From Gemmatimonadota bacterium (lineage in GTDB: Bacteria; Gemmatimonadota; Gemmatimonadetes; Longimicrobiales; Gaopeijiaceae): DNA of 64,000 nt. Below are positions 53,919 through 62,115 of this stretch, one piece after another; position 1 is the first letter of the stretch; the number at the start of each line of letters is the position of its first letter. The position numbers were made by a program, and so were the translations under genes. The DNA is taken from NCBI GenBank assembly GCA_039030015.1, contig JBCCEZ010000014.1, positions 15,119 to 79,118 of the forward strand, in the 5' to 3' direction. Under the pieces are notes generated by a model that saw only the letters and a list, made by a program, of their open reading frames with translations, did not search any database and was not told the origin of the DNA.

Positions 53919-54925
53919 GGCCGCGGCCGTCGCCCCGACAGCCGCCCGCCGACGTACACGACGGTGCCGAAGACCGCAGCCATGAAGCTCGTTGCGTAGT
54001 AGAGGGTGTTCAGGGGCACGACGCCGAGAGCGAAGCCGCTCCCGCGGCGTCGCGCGAACCAGCGGTATAGACCGGCGTTCGACGCGGTCACCGCCAGGAG
54101 TACGAGCAGCCCGACGAGGAGGGGAAGGGCCGACCTGATCCAGGCCGCCCAAGGGAGTGCGAGGAGTGTTGCGCCGACCGCGACGGTTTTGATCCGCTCC
54201 GCTCGATCGATGTTCAGGCTCGGAGGGTGGTTACCGCCGAGGAGCAGGGCCATCCACGGGACGCCGCGGTCGCGGAAGTCGGTCGTCACCACGCCGCCGA
54301 GTGTCCACGCCTTCAGGTGTCGGCACTCGAGCTCGGGGTCCAATTCGATCGGCCATCCCGATGCGCGGAGGCGGTATCCGAGCTCGATGTCCTCGATCTG
54401 CGGTCGGGGGAATCGTATCTCGTCGAAGCCGCCGGACGCCTCGAAGGCGGAACGTCGCACCGCGCCGCACCCGGCCCAGAAGGTCTCCGCCGGCCCAGCG
54501 CCGTGAAGGTGGACGTAGCGGTGGTAGAGGTTCCGGTACTGAGACACGAAACCCGTATGCTCGGGCTGATCATCGTACGCCCCGAACGCGGCCCCCAGTT
54601 CGGGCCGTTCCTCGAAGAGGGACGCGAATCGCTCGAGGGTCTGCGGCGATACACAGACGTCCGCATCGACGAAGACGACGACGTCTCGGGTGGAGCCACG
54701 CGCTCCGAGGTTCCGCGCCGCGGCCGGCCCGAGCGGCCCATCGGCGACCTGGCGCACCTCCAAGCCATGCTCCCTCGCCCACGCAGCCGAGTCATCCGTG
54801 CTCCCGTCGTCGACAATGACGAGGTCCCACCGACCCTCGGGCAGGGTCGAGGCCTCGAGCGCGGCGACACACCGCGGTAGGGTTGTGATCCCGTTGTGAA
54901 CCGGAACGACGACGGTGAGGCTCAA
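53915..54925 (-). CDS. GT2 glycosyltransferase with C-terminal TM helices (GtrB/ArnC-like polyprenyl-phosphate glycosyltransferase)
   Basis: VVVPVHNG, IVDDGSTDDS and the VFVDADV DxD motif are present. Two to three C-terminal hydrophobic helices follow. Confidence 0.85.
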   Translation of the reverse strand: MSLTVVVPVHNGITTLPRCVAALEASTLPEGRWDLVIVDDGSTDDSAAWAREHGLEVRQVADGPLGPAAARNLGARGSTRDVVVFVDADVCVSPQTLERFASLFEERPELGAAFGAYDDQPEHTGFVSQYRNLYHRYVHLHGAGPAETFWAGCGAVRRSAFEASGGFDEIRFPRPQIEDIELGYRLRASGWPIELDPELECRHLKAWTLGGVVTTDFRDRGVPWMALLLGGNHPPSLNIDRAERIKTVAVGATLLALPWAAWIRSALPLLVGLLVLLAVTASNAGLYRWFARRRGSGFALGVVPLNTLYYATSFMAAVFGTVVYVGGRLSGRRPRP

Positions 54926-54932
54926 CGGCCAC

Positions 54933-56447
54933 CTACCCCGTGGGCACGAGTTCCCGTTGTTCGAAGACCCTCGGACCCTTGGGCAGACGCTGCTCCTCGA
55001 GGTACTCGAAGTCGGTGTTCACAGCCCAGATGTCGTGCGCCTCACCCTGCATGTTCCACAGCGCCATGAGCGCCGTCAGCATCGAGTGATCGGCGTTGTT
55101 GTACTTGTGCATGCCGTTCCTGCCGACGGTGTGCAGGTTCGGTATCGGGTCGAGGTGCGCGCGGATCTCGCGAACACACTCCGCGTAATCGAAGTCGTAG
55201 ATCGGGTATGCCTTCGGCATTCGGATCACGGTGCCGTCGACGATGTTCGCCCCGCGCGCCACCCCGATCTCCCCGAGCTCCTTCTTGGCGAGGTCGATGA
55301 GATCCTGATCGTCGGCGGCCCACATGCCGTCGCCTTCGAAACAGAAGTACTCCATGCCCAGACAGGTGCGACCCTCGTCCGGGACCATCGCCGGGCTCCA
55401 GTTCTTGAAGTTCTGAATCCGACCGACCTTCAGTCCGGGCGTGTGGACGTAGAGCCAGTTGTCCGGGAAGAGATCGTCGGCGTCGAGGATGAGGGCTACG
55501 ACGATGAAATCTCGGTACCTCAGTCCGGCGGCGCTCTCTCGGAGCGCAGCAGAAGGCACCGGGGACAGCGACTTCGCGAGCGCGCTGAGTGGCATCGTCG
55601 AGATCACGTGATCGGCCTCGAAGGTTCGGACGCCGTCGGGCGTCCGGGCTCGCACTGACGTCACCTCACCGTCCTCGAGCGTGATCTCCTCGGCGGTGTG
55701 ATGGAGAAGGACCTCGCCACCCATTTCCTCGATTCGAGCGGCGCACGTCTCCCACATCTGACCCGGCCCGAGGCGTGGGTAGCGAAACTCGTTGATCAGT
55801 GACTTCACTTTGGCCGGGCGGTGGTTGAGGGCCGCGGAGAAGAGGATGGCGCGGGGCAGGGACAGTCCTTTGATGCGCTGCGCCGCCCACTCTGCTCTGA
55901 TCTCCGTGCACGGCAGTCCCCAGACCTTCTCCGTGTACGTCTTGAAGAAGATCTCGTACAGACGGCGACCGAACCGATTCGTGACCCACTGCTCGAAATT
56001 CTCTTCGTCCGGGTAGGGCCAGATGTGCCACTTGGCGTAGCTGGCCACGATCCGGAGTGAATCGATGAGCCCCAGCCCCAGGAGTGCGCTCGCGGGTTTG
56101 AGGGGATAGTCGAAGAAGCGCCCCTGGTAGTGGATTCGCGAGAGTCGTGGTACCGAGATGAACTCGTCTCCGAGGATCTCCTCCCAGAGGTCCTGGACGG
56201 GTTCGATCTTGGTGAAGAAGCGATGACCCCCGATGTCGAACCGATATCCGCGATACTCTGCGGTCTGCGAAATACCCCCGAGCGCCGACGTGCCTTCGAG
56301 CACGGTCACGTCGATCCCCAGCTGCCTCAGCCGGTACGCGGCCGTCAGTCCGGCCGGCCCGCCACCGATGACCACGACGTGGTCACCGGCACGGAGCTGA
56401 CGGACGCGACGAGGCGACGCGTCGCTGTATGTAGGCTCAGCGCTCAA
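54933..56447 (-). CDS. NAD(P)/FAD-dependent oxidoreductase (amine-oxidase/UDP-galactopyranose-mutase-like)
   Basis: VVVIGGGPAGLTAAYRL...VLEGTSALGG is the dinucleotide motif. GGHRFF and TVGRNGMHKYNN are also present. Confidence 0.9.
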   Translation of the reverse strand: MSAEPTYSDASPRRVRQLRAGDHVVVIGGGPAGLTAAYRLRQLGIDVTVLEGTSALGGISQTAEYRGYRFDIGGHRFFTKIEPVQDLWEEILGDEFISVPRLSRIHYQGRFFDYPLKPASALLGLGLIDSLRIVASYAKWHIWPYPDEENFEQWVTNRFGRRLYEIFFKTYTEKVWGLPCTEIRAEWAAQRIKGLSLPRAILFSAALNHRPAKVKSLINEFRYPRLGPGQMWETCAARIEEMGGEVLLHHTAEEITLEDGEVTSVRARTPDGVRTFEADHVISTMPLSALAKSLSPVPSAALRESAAGLRYRDFIVVALILDADDLFPDNWLYVHTPGLKVGRIQNFKNWSPAMVPDEGRTCLGMEYFCFEGDGMWAADDQDLIDLAKKELGEIGVARGANIVDGTVIRMPKAYPIYDFDYAECVREIRAHLDPIPNLHTVGRNGMHKYNNADHSMLTALMALWNMQGEAHDIWAVNTDFEYLEEQRLPKGPRVFEQRELVPTG

Positions 56448-56535
56448 AGGATCAGCGGACCGGGGGGACGGTTATGTGATGGTTCTTCCTACCTACACGG
56501 TACCGCCAACGGATGCTTCAAGTCCAAAGGTCCGT

Positions 56536-57645
56536 TCAAGGCCCGTCCGGCCGCATGGGTGGGGTGACGGGGCCGAAGTGCCGCACGAGCAGCTCGTGGT
56601 ACGTCTGGGCGCGCGCGCTCCACGTGTGTTCACGGAGGATGAAGTCGCGGGCTTCGTCGGGGTCTCCGCCTGGCCCCGCGACGGCCGCGTCGGCCATCGC
56701 CTCGAGGTCGTCCGTGGGGACGACCGTCCCGTGCCCAGACGCGAGCACGACACCGTCGTTCGGGAAGCCGGTTTCAGAGACCATCGGGAGGCCGGCTCTG
56801 AGGTAGTGGTAGATCTTCGTGCTCTCGTTGTTGTGCATGAAGATGCCCGCGGACAGGAGCACCCCGACGTCGGCGTGGTGCAGGTACGACCACGACTCCT
56901 CGAAGGACACGCTCCCCAGGTGATGCACGTACTGCGGATCCAGGTCGGTGACGCGCCCGCTCCCCAGCAGATAGAGCCGGCCCCCGCGTTCCCCGAGGAG
57001 TCGCCCGAGCTCGTTGAGCTTGCGGACCAATACCCGATTCGCCTCGGGCTGAGTCGCGCGGTTGTAGATGTTGCCGGCGAAGATGCACCGGAGGCCCTCT
57101 TGGGCCGGGAACGGGTCGGGACCGGGCGGTGGGATGTCGGTGGGAGCGGCCCCGGGAACGAGGAGAATCTCGGCCGGTTTATCGTGCATCTCTCGCCACA
57201 ACGCTTCGGCAGGGTCCGTGAGCACCGTCACATAGCGACTGGCCGCCGCCACCGCCCGCTGGGTTCGGAAGAGCCGCTCGCGGATCCGGCCGTAGAAGAG
57301 GATGCCGTCGCGGTCTTCGTCTGCGACGACCGACCCGAGCTTCGTGATGAGGAAGGGGTGTTCGGATCCGCCGTACCGGCGGAGCGTCTCGAAGCCCTGG
57401 TGGAAGAGCACCTTCACGACGTCGTACTGTCCCCATCGGACGCTAGAGAGTGGGACCCTGCGCAAGCGTGGCCCCATGGGGACGACGGGCCTTCGGAGCC
57501 TCCACTTGTACTCGGCCGTCGCCATGTCCACGTGGTGGCCGAGCGCCGCGAGCTCCTCCGAGATCTTGAACCAACGGATGTACGACATGTCGCCGATATC
57601 GGCGATGCGCCGCGCCGTGTTGTACACGGTGACGACCCTAGCCAT
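56536..57645 (-). CDS. GT-B-fold glycosyltransferase
   Basis: The C-terminal half has ESTKIYHYLRAGLPMV, an E-x7-E-like region. The ORF-track start (58326) runs through the upstream GT4 gene in another frame, so I used the ATG at 57645 (8-nt overlap). Confidence 0.7.
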   Translation of the reverse strand: MARVVTVYNTARRIADIGDMSYIRWFKISEELAALGHHVDMATAEYKWRLRRPVVPMGPRLRRVPLSSVRWGQYDVVKVLFHQGFETLRRYGGSEHPFLITKLGSVVADEDRDGILFYGRIRERLFRTQRAVAAASRYVTVLTDPAEALWREMHDKPAEILLVPGAAPTDIPPPGPDPFPAQEGLRCIFAGNIYNRATQPEANRVLVRKLNELGRLLGERGGRLYLLGSGRVTDLDPQYVHHLGSVSFEESWSYLHHADVGVLLSAGIFMHNNESTKIYHYLRAGLPMVSETGFPNDGVVLASGHGTVVPTDDLEAMADAAVAGPGGDPDEARDFILREHTWSARAQTYHELLVRHFGPVTPPMRPDGP

Positions 57646-58864
57646 GGACGGCACCGAGGAGCACGTCTTCGTAGGCGCGGACCGTGCGCCCGACGGAGAG
57701 CTCGGCCACCCGAGACAACCCGGTGTCCCGGAGGGCGCCTCGGCGGTCCGGATCGCCGAATAGGCGGCTGAGCGCCGCCCCGAGTGCCGGCGCGTCGTCG
57801 GGGGGGACGAGGACGCCGCACGCGCCGCCGTGCAGGTACTCGCGCACGCCCGGTGCGCAGTCGGCCGCCACGACGGGTACGCCGAGCGCGAGCGCCTCGC
57901 CGATGACATTCGGGAACGCCTCCGTGCGGGAAGGCACGGCCACGACGGTCGCTTGGGCCATGTATCCCCATGGATTCTGCACCTGGCCGACCATGTGCAG
58001 TCGATCGGAGAGCCCAAGGCGAGCCCCGAGCTGTTCGAGCTCGGTCTTCTCCGGTCCGTCCCCCACGAGGACGACCGTCGGACGGGCCCGTGGGTCCATG
58101 CGCGCGACGGCCTCGAGGAGGAGATCGAAGCCCTTGAGGCGCTCCATCCGTCCAACGCCCACGACGACCGGGCGGCCTCCGTCGTCCACCGTCGGCCCCT
58201 TCGTGGACTGCCGGCGAATGTGCTCGGCGTCGATGGCGTTCGGGATGACGTGCAGTCGCTCTTCCCGTAGGGGAGCGTGTGCGCGGAGCTCGTCGGCGAC
58301 CCCATCGGCGACGGTGATGACTGCACCCGCCGTCGGAAAGACGTGCCGGACGAAGTCGCGCATGATCCGCCGCGATACCGGGTCTGGGAAGAGGTAGCGC
58401 TCCGACTGGATCATCATCGAGTGGACGTTGAAGACGAGCTGGAGGTCGGGACACCAGAGCCTCTTCGTGAGATACGCCACGATGTGGGCTCGCAGGAGGA
58501 ATGAGCTGACGAGGGAGGCGCCCGTCGCTCGAACGACGTCGCGGAGGTGCCATGCCTCCACCAGGATCCGCCACTGAGCGGCGCGCACTGCCGCCCCTGT
58601 GGCCTGGCCTCGCCCGGGTGCCATCGGCGCGGAGCCGAGGGCGAGATCGTAGATCGCGCGTCCGTCGCTCAACTCGTCGGCGAGCGGGCCGGACGCGTCG
58701 AGGAGTGCCCCGATCGGGTCGAGCGTCTCTGCGTGGTTGAGATACTGCACGAAGACCCGCTCCGCCCCGCCCACATGGAGGTTTCGTCCCAAGTAGATCA
58801 CGCTCGGGTGGTCCGGCAGCATCGAAGCTCCGTGGAGGTGGCGACCGCCTGTGCGGCCATTCAT
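57638..58864 (-). CDS. GT4-family glycosyltransferase (glycosyl transferases group 1)
   Basis: GGAERV, GRMERLKGFDLLL and PSRTEAFPNVIGEALALGVPVVA are present. An alternative ATG start lies at 58822. Confidence 0.9.
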   Translation of the reverse strand: MNGRTGGRHLHGASMLPDHPSVIYLGRNLHVGGAERVFVQYLNHAETLDPIGALLDASGPLADELSDGRAIYDLALGSAPMAPGRGQATGAAVRAAQWRILVEAWHLRDVVRATGASLVSSFLLRAHIVAYLTKRLWCPDLQLVFNVHSMMIQSERYLFPDPVSRRIMRDFVRHVFPTAGAVITVADGVADELRAHAPLREERLHVIPNAIDAEHIRRQSTKGPTVDDGGRPVVVGVGRMERLKGFDLLLEAVARMDPRARPTVVLVGDGPEKTELEQLGARLGLSDRLHMVGQVQNPWGYMAQATVVAVPSRTEAFPNVIGEALALGVPVVAADCAPGVREYLHGGACGVLVPPDDAPALGAALSRLFGDPDRRGALRDTGLSRVAELSVGRTVRAYEDVLLGAVHG

Positions 58865-58958
58865 GTTTGAACGATGGCTCGTGACCCGCGCTCACGGCCA
58901 TAGTTCGCCGCGACCTGCGAACCCGTCGAGCCGACTCTCGCGGAGCGCTTCTCCCAGA

Positions 58959-60170
58959 ATGATCCGAGTCTCTGCACCCGTGGTGACATCCGTCGACGGC
59001 CCCTCCGCGGGTTGGCGTGTGACGGTGCGGTACAGCCCGACGCCCGGTGACCCGGGCGAGGAGTTGTGGTTCGAAGGGGCAGGCGGATTGGACGACGTCG
59101 ACCCCACGGGGACCCCATGGGCCGTCGCACTGGCGCCCTTGGCGTTCCACACGGGGCGGGGGCTTCGGCTCGATGCGCCGGTGGACGACCGGGTCGCGAA
59201 GGGAATCGCCTCGGTGACAGAGATCTGGTCCCGATGGTACGGGGGCCGTGGTGCGGTCGACGTCGACGCGCCCCCCCTGGCCCGGGCTACGGACGCGCCG
59301 ATCGGGTCGGGGACCGACGAACGCAGGGCCGCCTTCTTCAGTGGCGGGGTCGACTCCTTGTGGACCGCCCTCGCACACCGAGACCGAGCGGGTGCGTTGC
59401 GTGATCTCGTGACGGTGCACGGCTTCGACATCCCGCTCTCGGAGGGTCCGGCCTTCGAGCGCATGATCGATCGGTTCACTCCGTGGGCTGCGTCGTGGGG
59501 AGCCCGAGTCGTGCCCATCCGAACCAACTATCGGGAGGCGGCGACCGGTCGCGTGCCGTGGGGGGAAGTCGCACACGGGAGTGCGTTGATCGCCGCGGGG
59601 CTCGTTCTCGCGCCCCGGTACGATCGGCTCTTGATCGCCGCGACGGGCGGTGAGCGGGACCCTCACCCGTGGGGCTCTCACGTGGAGACGGACGCGCACC
59701 TCGGCAGCTCTCGGACTCGTGTCGAGCACCACGGCGCCGATGCGACGCGATGGCAAAAGGTGCGGCGCATCGCCGAAGACGAGGACGCGCTCTCGATCCT
59801 CCGGGTGTGTTGGCGCTCCGGAACCGATCTCAACTGCGGCCGGTGCTCGAAGTGTCTGCGGACGATGGCGCTCTTGGATTTGTGGGGTGCTCTGGAGCGC
59901 GCTCCCACCTTCCCGGACTACGTGTCCCTCGAGGAGCTGACCCGCGTGCACGTCGCCGAGTCGTGGGACGTCCGCGAGTTCAGTGACCTCGAGCAACAGG
60001 GCATGGCGCAGGGTCGGCCGGACCTCGCGCGGGCTGCTCGGCGCGCGATGCTTCGCACGCAGCGACGGGAGCGTGCCCTGTCGGCGGCGGCGTTCTTTTC
60101 GAGGACGCCGGGGCTTCGCACCGTATCGCGCCTTCTGCAGGCGCGGGTACGGGCGGGGTGGATCGCGTGA
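58959..60170 (+). CDS. PP-loop (adenine-nucleotide alpha-hydrolase) superfamily protein with a QueC-like Cys cluster
   Basis: AAFFSGGVDSLW is an SGGxDS PP-loop. NCGRCSKCLRT is a CxxCxxC motif. The N-terminal roughly 150 aa are unassigned. The start was moved to the ATG at 58959. Confidence 0.7.
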   Translation: MIRVSAPVVTSVDGPSAGWRVTVRYSPTPGDPGEELWFEGAGGLDDVDPTGTPWAVALAPLAFHTGRGLRLDAPVDDRVAKGIASVTEIWSRWYGGRGAVDVDAPPLARATDAPIGSGTDERRAAFFSGGVDSLWTALAHRDRAGALRDLVTVHGFDIPLSEGPAFERMIDRFTPWAASWGARVVPIRTNYREAATGRVPWGEVAHGSALIAAGLVLAPRYDRLLIAATGGERDPHPWGSHVETDAHLGSSRTRVEHHGADATRWQKVRRIAEDEDALSILRVCWRSGTDLNCGRCSKCLRTMALLDLWGALERAPTFPDYVSLEELTRVHVAESWDVREFSDLEQQGMAQGRPDLARAARRAMLRTQRRERALSAAAFFSRTPGLRTVSRLLQARVRAGWIA

Positions 60171-61183
60171 GGAGCCGATGGCCCGCGGAAGAGGGCCTCA
60201 ACGAGCTTCAGGCTCGTCTGCGCGCGACGGTCGCGGCGGCGCTACCGCCTCCGCCTTCCCGGTGGGGCTTCATGCCGCTCCCTCTCCACGGAAACGTCGG
60301 GGAGAGCGCGATGGTGCTCGGCGCCTTCGCGTTGTTGGAGTCGATGGGCTGGCCGGCGCCGACGGTCATCTCCGACATCGAGACCTTCGACCCCCGTTCG
60401 ATCGAACGACGGCTCGGACGCGGGCCGATCGTCATCGGTGGCGGCGGCAACTTCGGGGACCTCTGGCCGCGGGAGCACGCGATTCGGCTACGGATCCTCC
60501 GAGAACTTCCGGACAATCCCGTGATCCAGCTTCCCCAATCGGTCTACTTCGGAAGGGAAGAGTCGAGGGCGGAGACGGCGGAGGCCCTTACCGGTCGTGC
60601 GGGAGTGACTCTGTTCATTCGGGACGCACGAAGTGTGGCGACCGTCGAGGGTTTGTTTCCCGGCGCGGCGCCGATCCTATGCCCGGACGTCGCCTTCGCC
60701 CTCGGTCTACTCGATCGTGGCGAGGCCACGACGGATACCGTTCGGTTGATCCGCCACGACCACGAATCGCGCTTCGGCCCGGAGTCGGACGAAGCGACGA
60801 CCGGGGTGGACTGGGTCGCCGAGCCATCGGCTCCTCCGATCCGGGCGGAGCGGCGGCTTCGGGACCTCGGGATCCGCTGGCCGTGGATCAGGCCCGGTAC
60901 GGACCGCCTCCGGCAAGAGCTCCACAAGCCGATGGCTCGGACACGTTTGAGTCGGGGTGTCGCCCTGCTCTCGAACGGTCACCGCGTCGTGACCGACCGG
61001 ATGCACGCACACATCCTCGGCCTCATGCTCGGGATCCCTCACGTGATCGTCGGGGACCGACACGGGAAGATCGAGAGCTTCATCGAAACGTGGACGACCG
61101 GACTTCCGGGCTTTCGCTTCGCCCCATCGTTGGCCGACGCGGATCGGATGCTCTCGGACGTCACCACGACGACGACCTCATGA
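60167..61183 (+). CDS. Polysaccharide pyruvyl transferase family protein
   Basis: GGGGNFGDLWP and VVTDRMHAHILGLMLGIPHV are present. The GTG at 60167 gives a GTGA overlap with the upstream stop. The ORF-track start is 60158. Confidence 0.85.
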   Translation: MRSRWPAEEGLNELQARLRATVAAALPPPPSRWGFMPLPLHGNVGESAMVLGAFALLESMGWPAPTVISDIETFDPRSIERRLGRGPIVIGGGGNFGDLWPREHAIRLRILRELPDNPVIQLPQSVYFGREESRAETAEALTGRAGVTLFIRDARSVATVEGLFPGAAPILCPDVAFALGLLDRGEATTDTVRLIRHDHESRFGPESDEATTGVDWVAEPSAPPIRAERRLRDLGIRWPWIRPGTDRLRQELHKPMARTRLSRGVALLSNGHRVVTDRMHAHILGLMLGIPHVIVGDRHGKIESFIETWTTGLPGFRFAPSLADADRMLSDVTTTTTS

Positions 61184-62115
61184 GCGAGGGCGCGATCGAG
61201 GTGTCGGTCGTCGTGTGCACCCGGAATCGATCGGCGCGGCTCCGGGCGACGCTGGACAGCCTGTCGGCGCAGGCCTCGGACGGCATCCGGTGGGAGGTGG
61301 TCGTCGTCGACAACGGCTCCGACGACGGGACGGCCGACGTCGTGGCGGACTTCGAGTCCGATCTGCCGATCCGCTGCGTACCGGAGCCGGAGCTCGGCCT
61401 TTCCCATGCTCGAAATCGAGGCGTTCACGAAGCCCGCGGGGGGACGATCGTCTGGATCGACGACGACGTCATCCTCTCGGCCGGTTGGCTCTCCGCGTGG
61501 GTCGACGGAATTCGAGCGTATCCGGACGCCGCGTTCTTCGGTGGCGGGATCGAGGTTCACTTCGAGGCCGCACCACCGCCGTGGATCGACGCAGGATGGC
61601 GTTGGTTCGGATCTCTCTTCGCGGAGCGACACGTCCCCGAGCCGGGCGCGCGGGTCCAGGCCGACTACTTGCCGTTCGGGGCCAACTACGCGGTCCGAAC
61701 GGCCGCGCAGCGACGTGTCCCGTACGATCCCGCACTGGGGCGCCGGGGGGGGCAGGTCGCCGGAGGTGAAGAGACCACCCTCCTCGCCGATCTCCTGGAT
61801 CGGGGGCTGGAGGGGCGGTGGGTGGCGGGGTCGGAGCTCCACCACGTCATCGGGCCCGAGCGCGTCACCCTCGAACGATTGCATACGCAGATCCGCGAGA
61901 ACGCCCGCCTCCTCGCCGATCCCCCACGCGGGTCGTCCGGCGATCCACTCTCGGCGGCGCAGATCCGTCGGCGATGGATCCGTAGCGCCGTCGTACATGG
62001 GATCCGTCGGCGGACGAGCGGTCCGGAGCGTTGGGTGAACTCCTTCGTGGAGGCCGCGGTCTGGCGGGGTCACCTCGATCGGGTCGAGGCCGCGGGCCGA
62101 GGACAGGACGTCTAG
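61180..62115 (+). CDS. GT2 glycosyltransferase
   Basis: ATGA overlap with the upstream stop. VSVVVCTRNR, VVDNGSDDGT and WIDDDV are present. Only the last 311 codons of the 710-aa track ORF are credible. Confidence 0.9.
   Translation: MSEGAIEVSVVVCTRNRSARLRATLDSLSAQASDGIRWEVVVVDNGSDDGTADVVADFESDLPIRCVPEPELGLSHARNRGVHEARGGTIVWIDDDVILSAGWLSAWVDGIRAYPDAAFFGGGIEVHFEAAPPPWIDAGWRWFGSLFAERHVPEPGARVQADYLPFGANYAVRTAAQRRVPYDPALGRRGGQVAGGEETTLLADLLDRGLEGRWVAGSELHHVIGPERVTLERLHTQIRENARLLADPPRGSSGDPLSAAQIRRRWIRSAVVHGIRRRTSGPERWVNSFVEAAVWRGHLDRVEAAGRGQDV

Noticed and set aside
57414-59996. An 860-aa ORF on the minus strand, the longest unexplained ORF in the track.
   Set aside because: Its composition is dominated by Arg/Pro/Gly/Ala runs (RRRSSDGRLPRQ, GRRGRWTDGAPQG...). 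It is antisense to the PP-loop gene and out of frame through the GT4 gene, both of which have clear family motifs. It is a typical high-GC shadow ORF.
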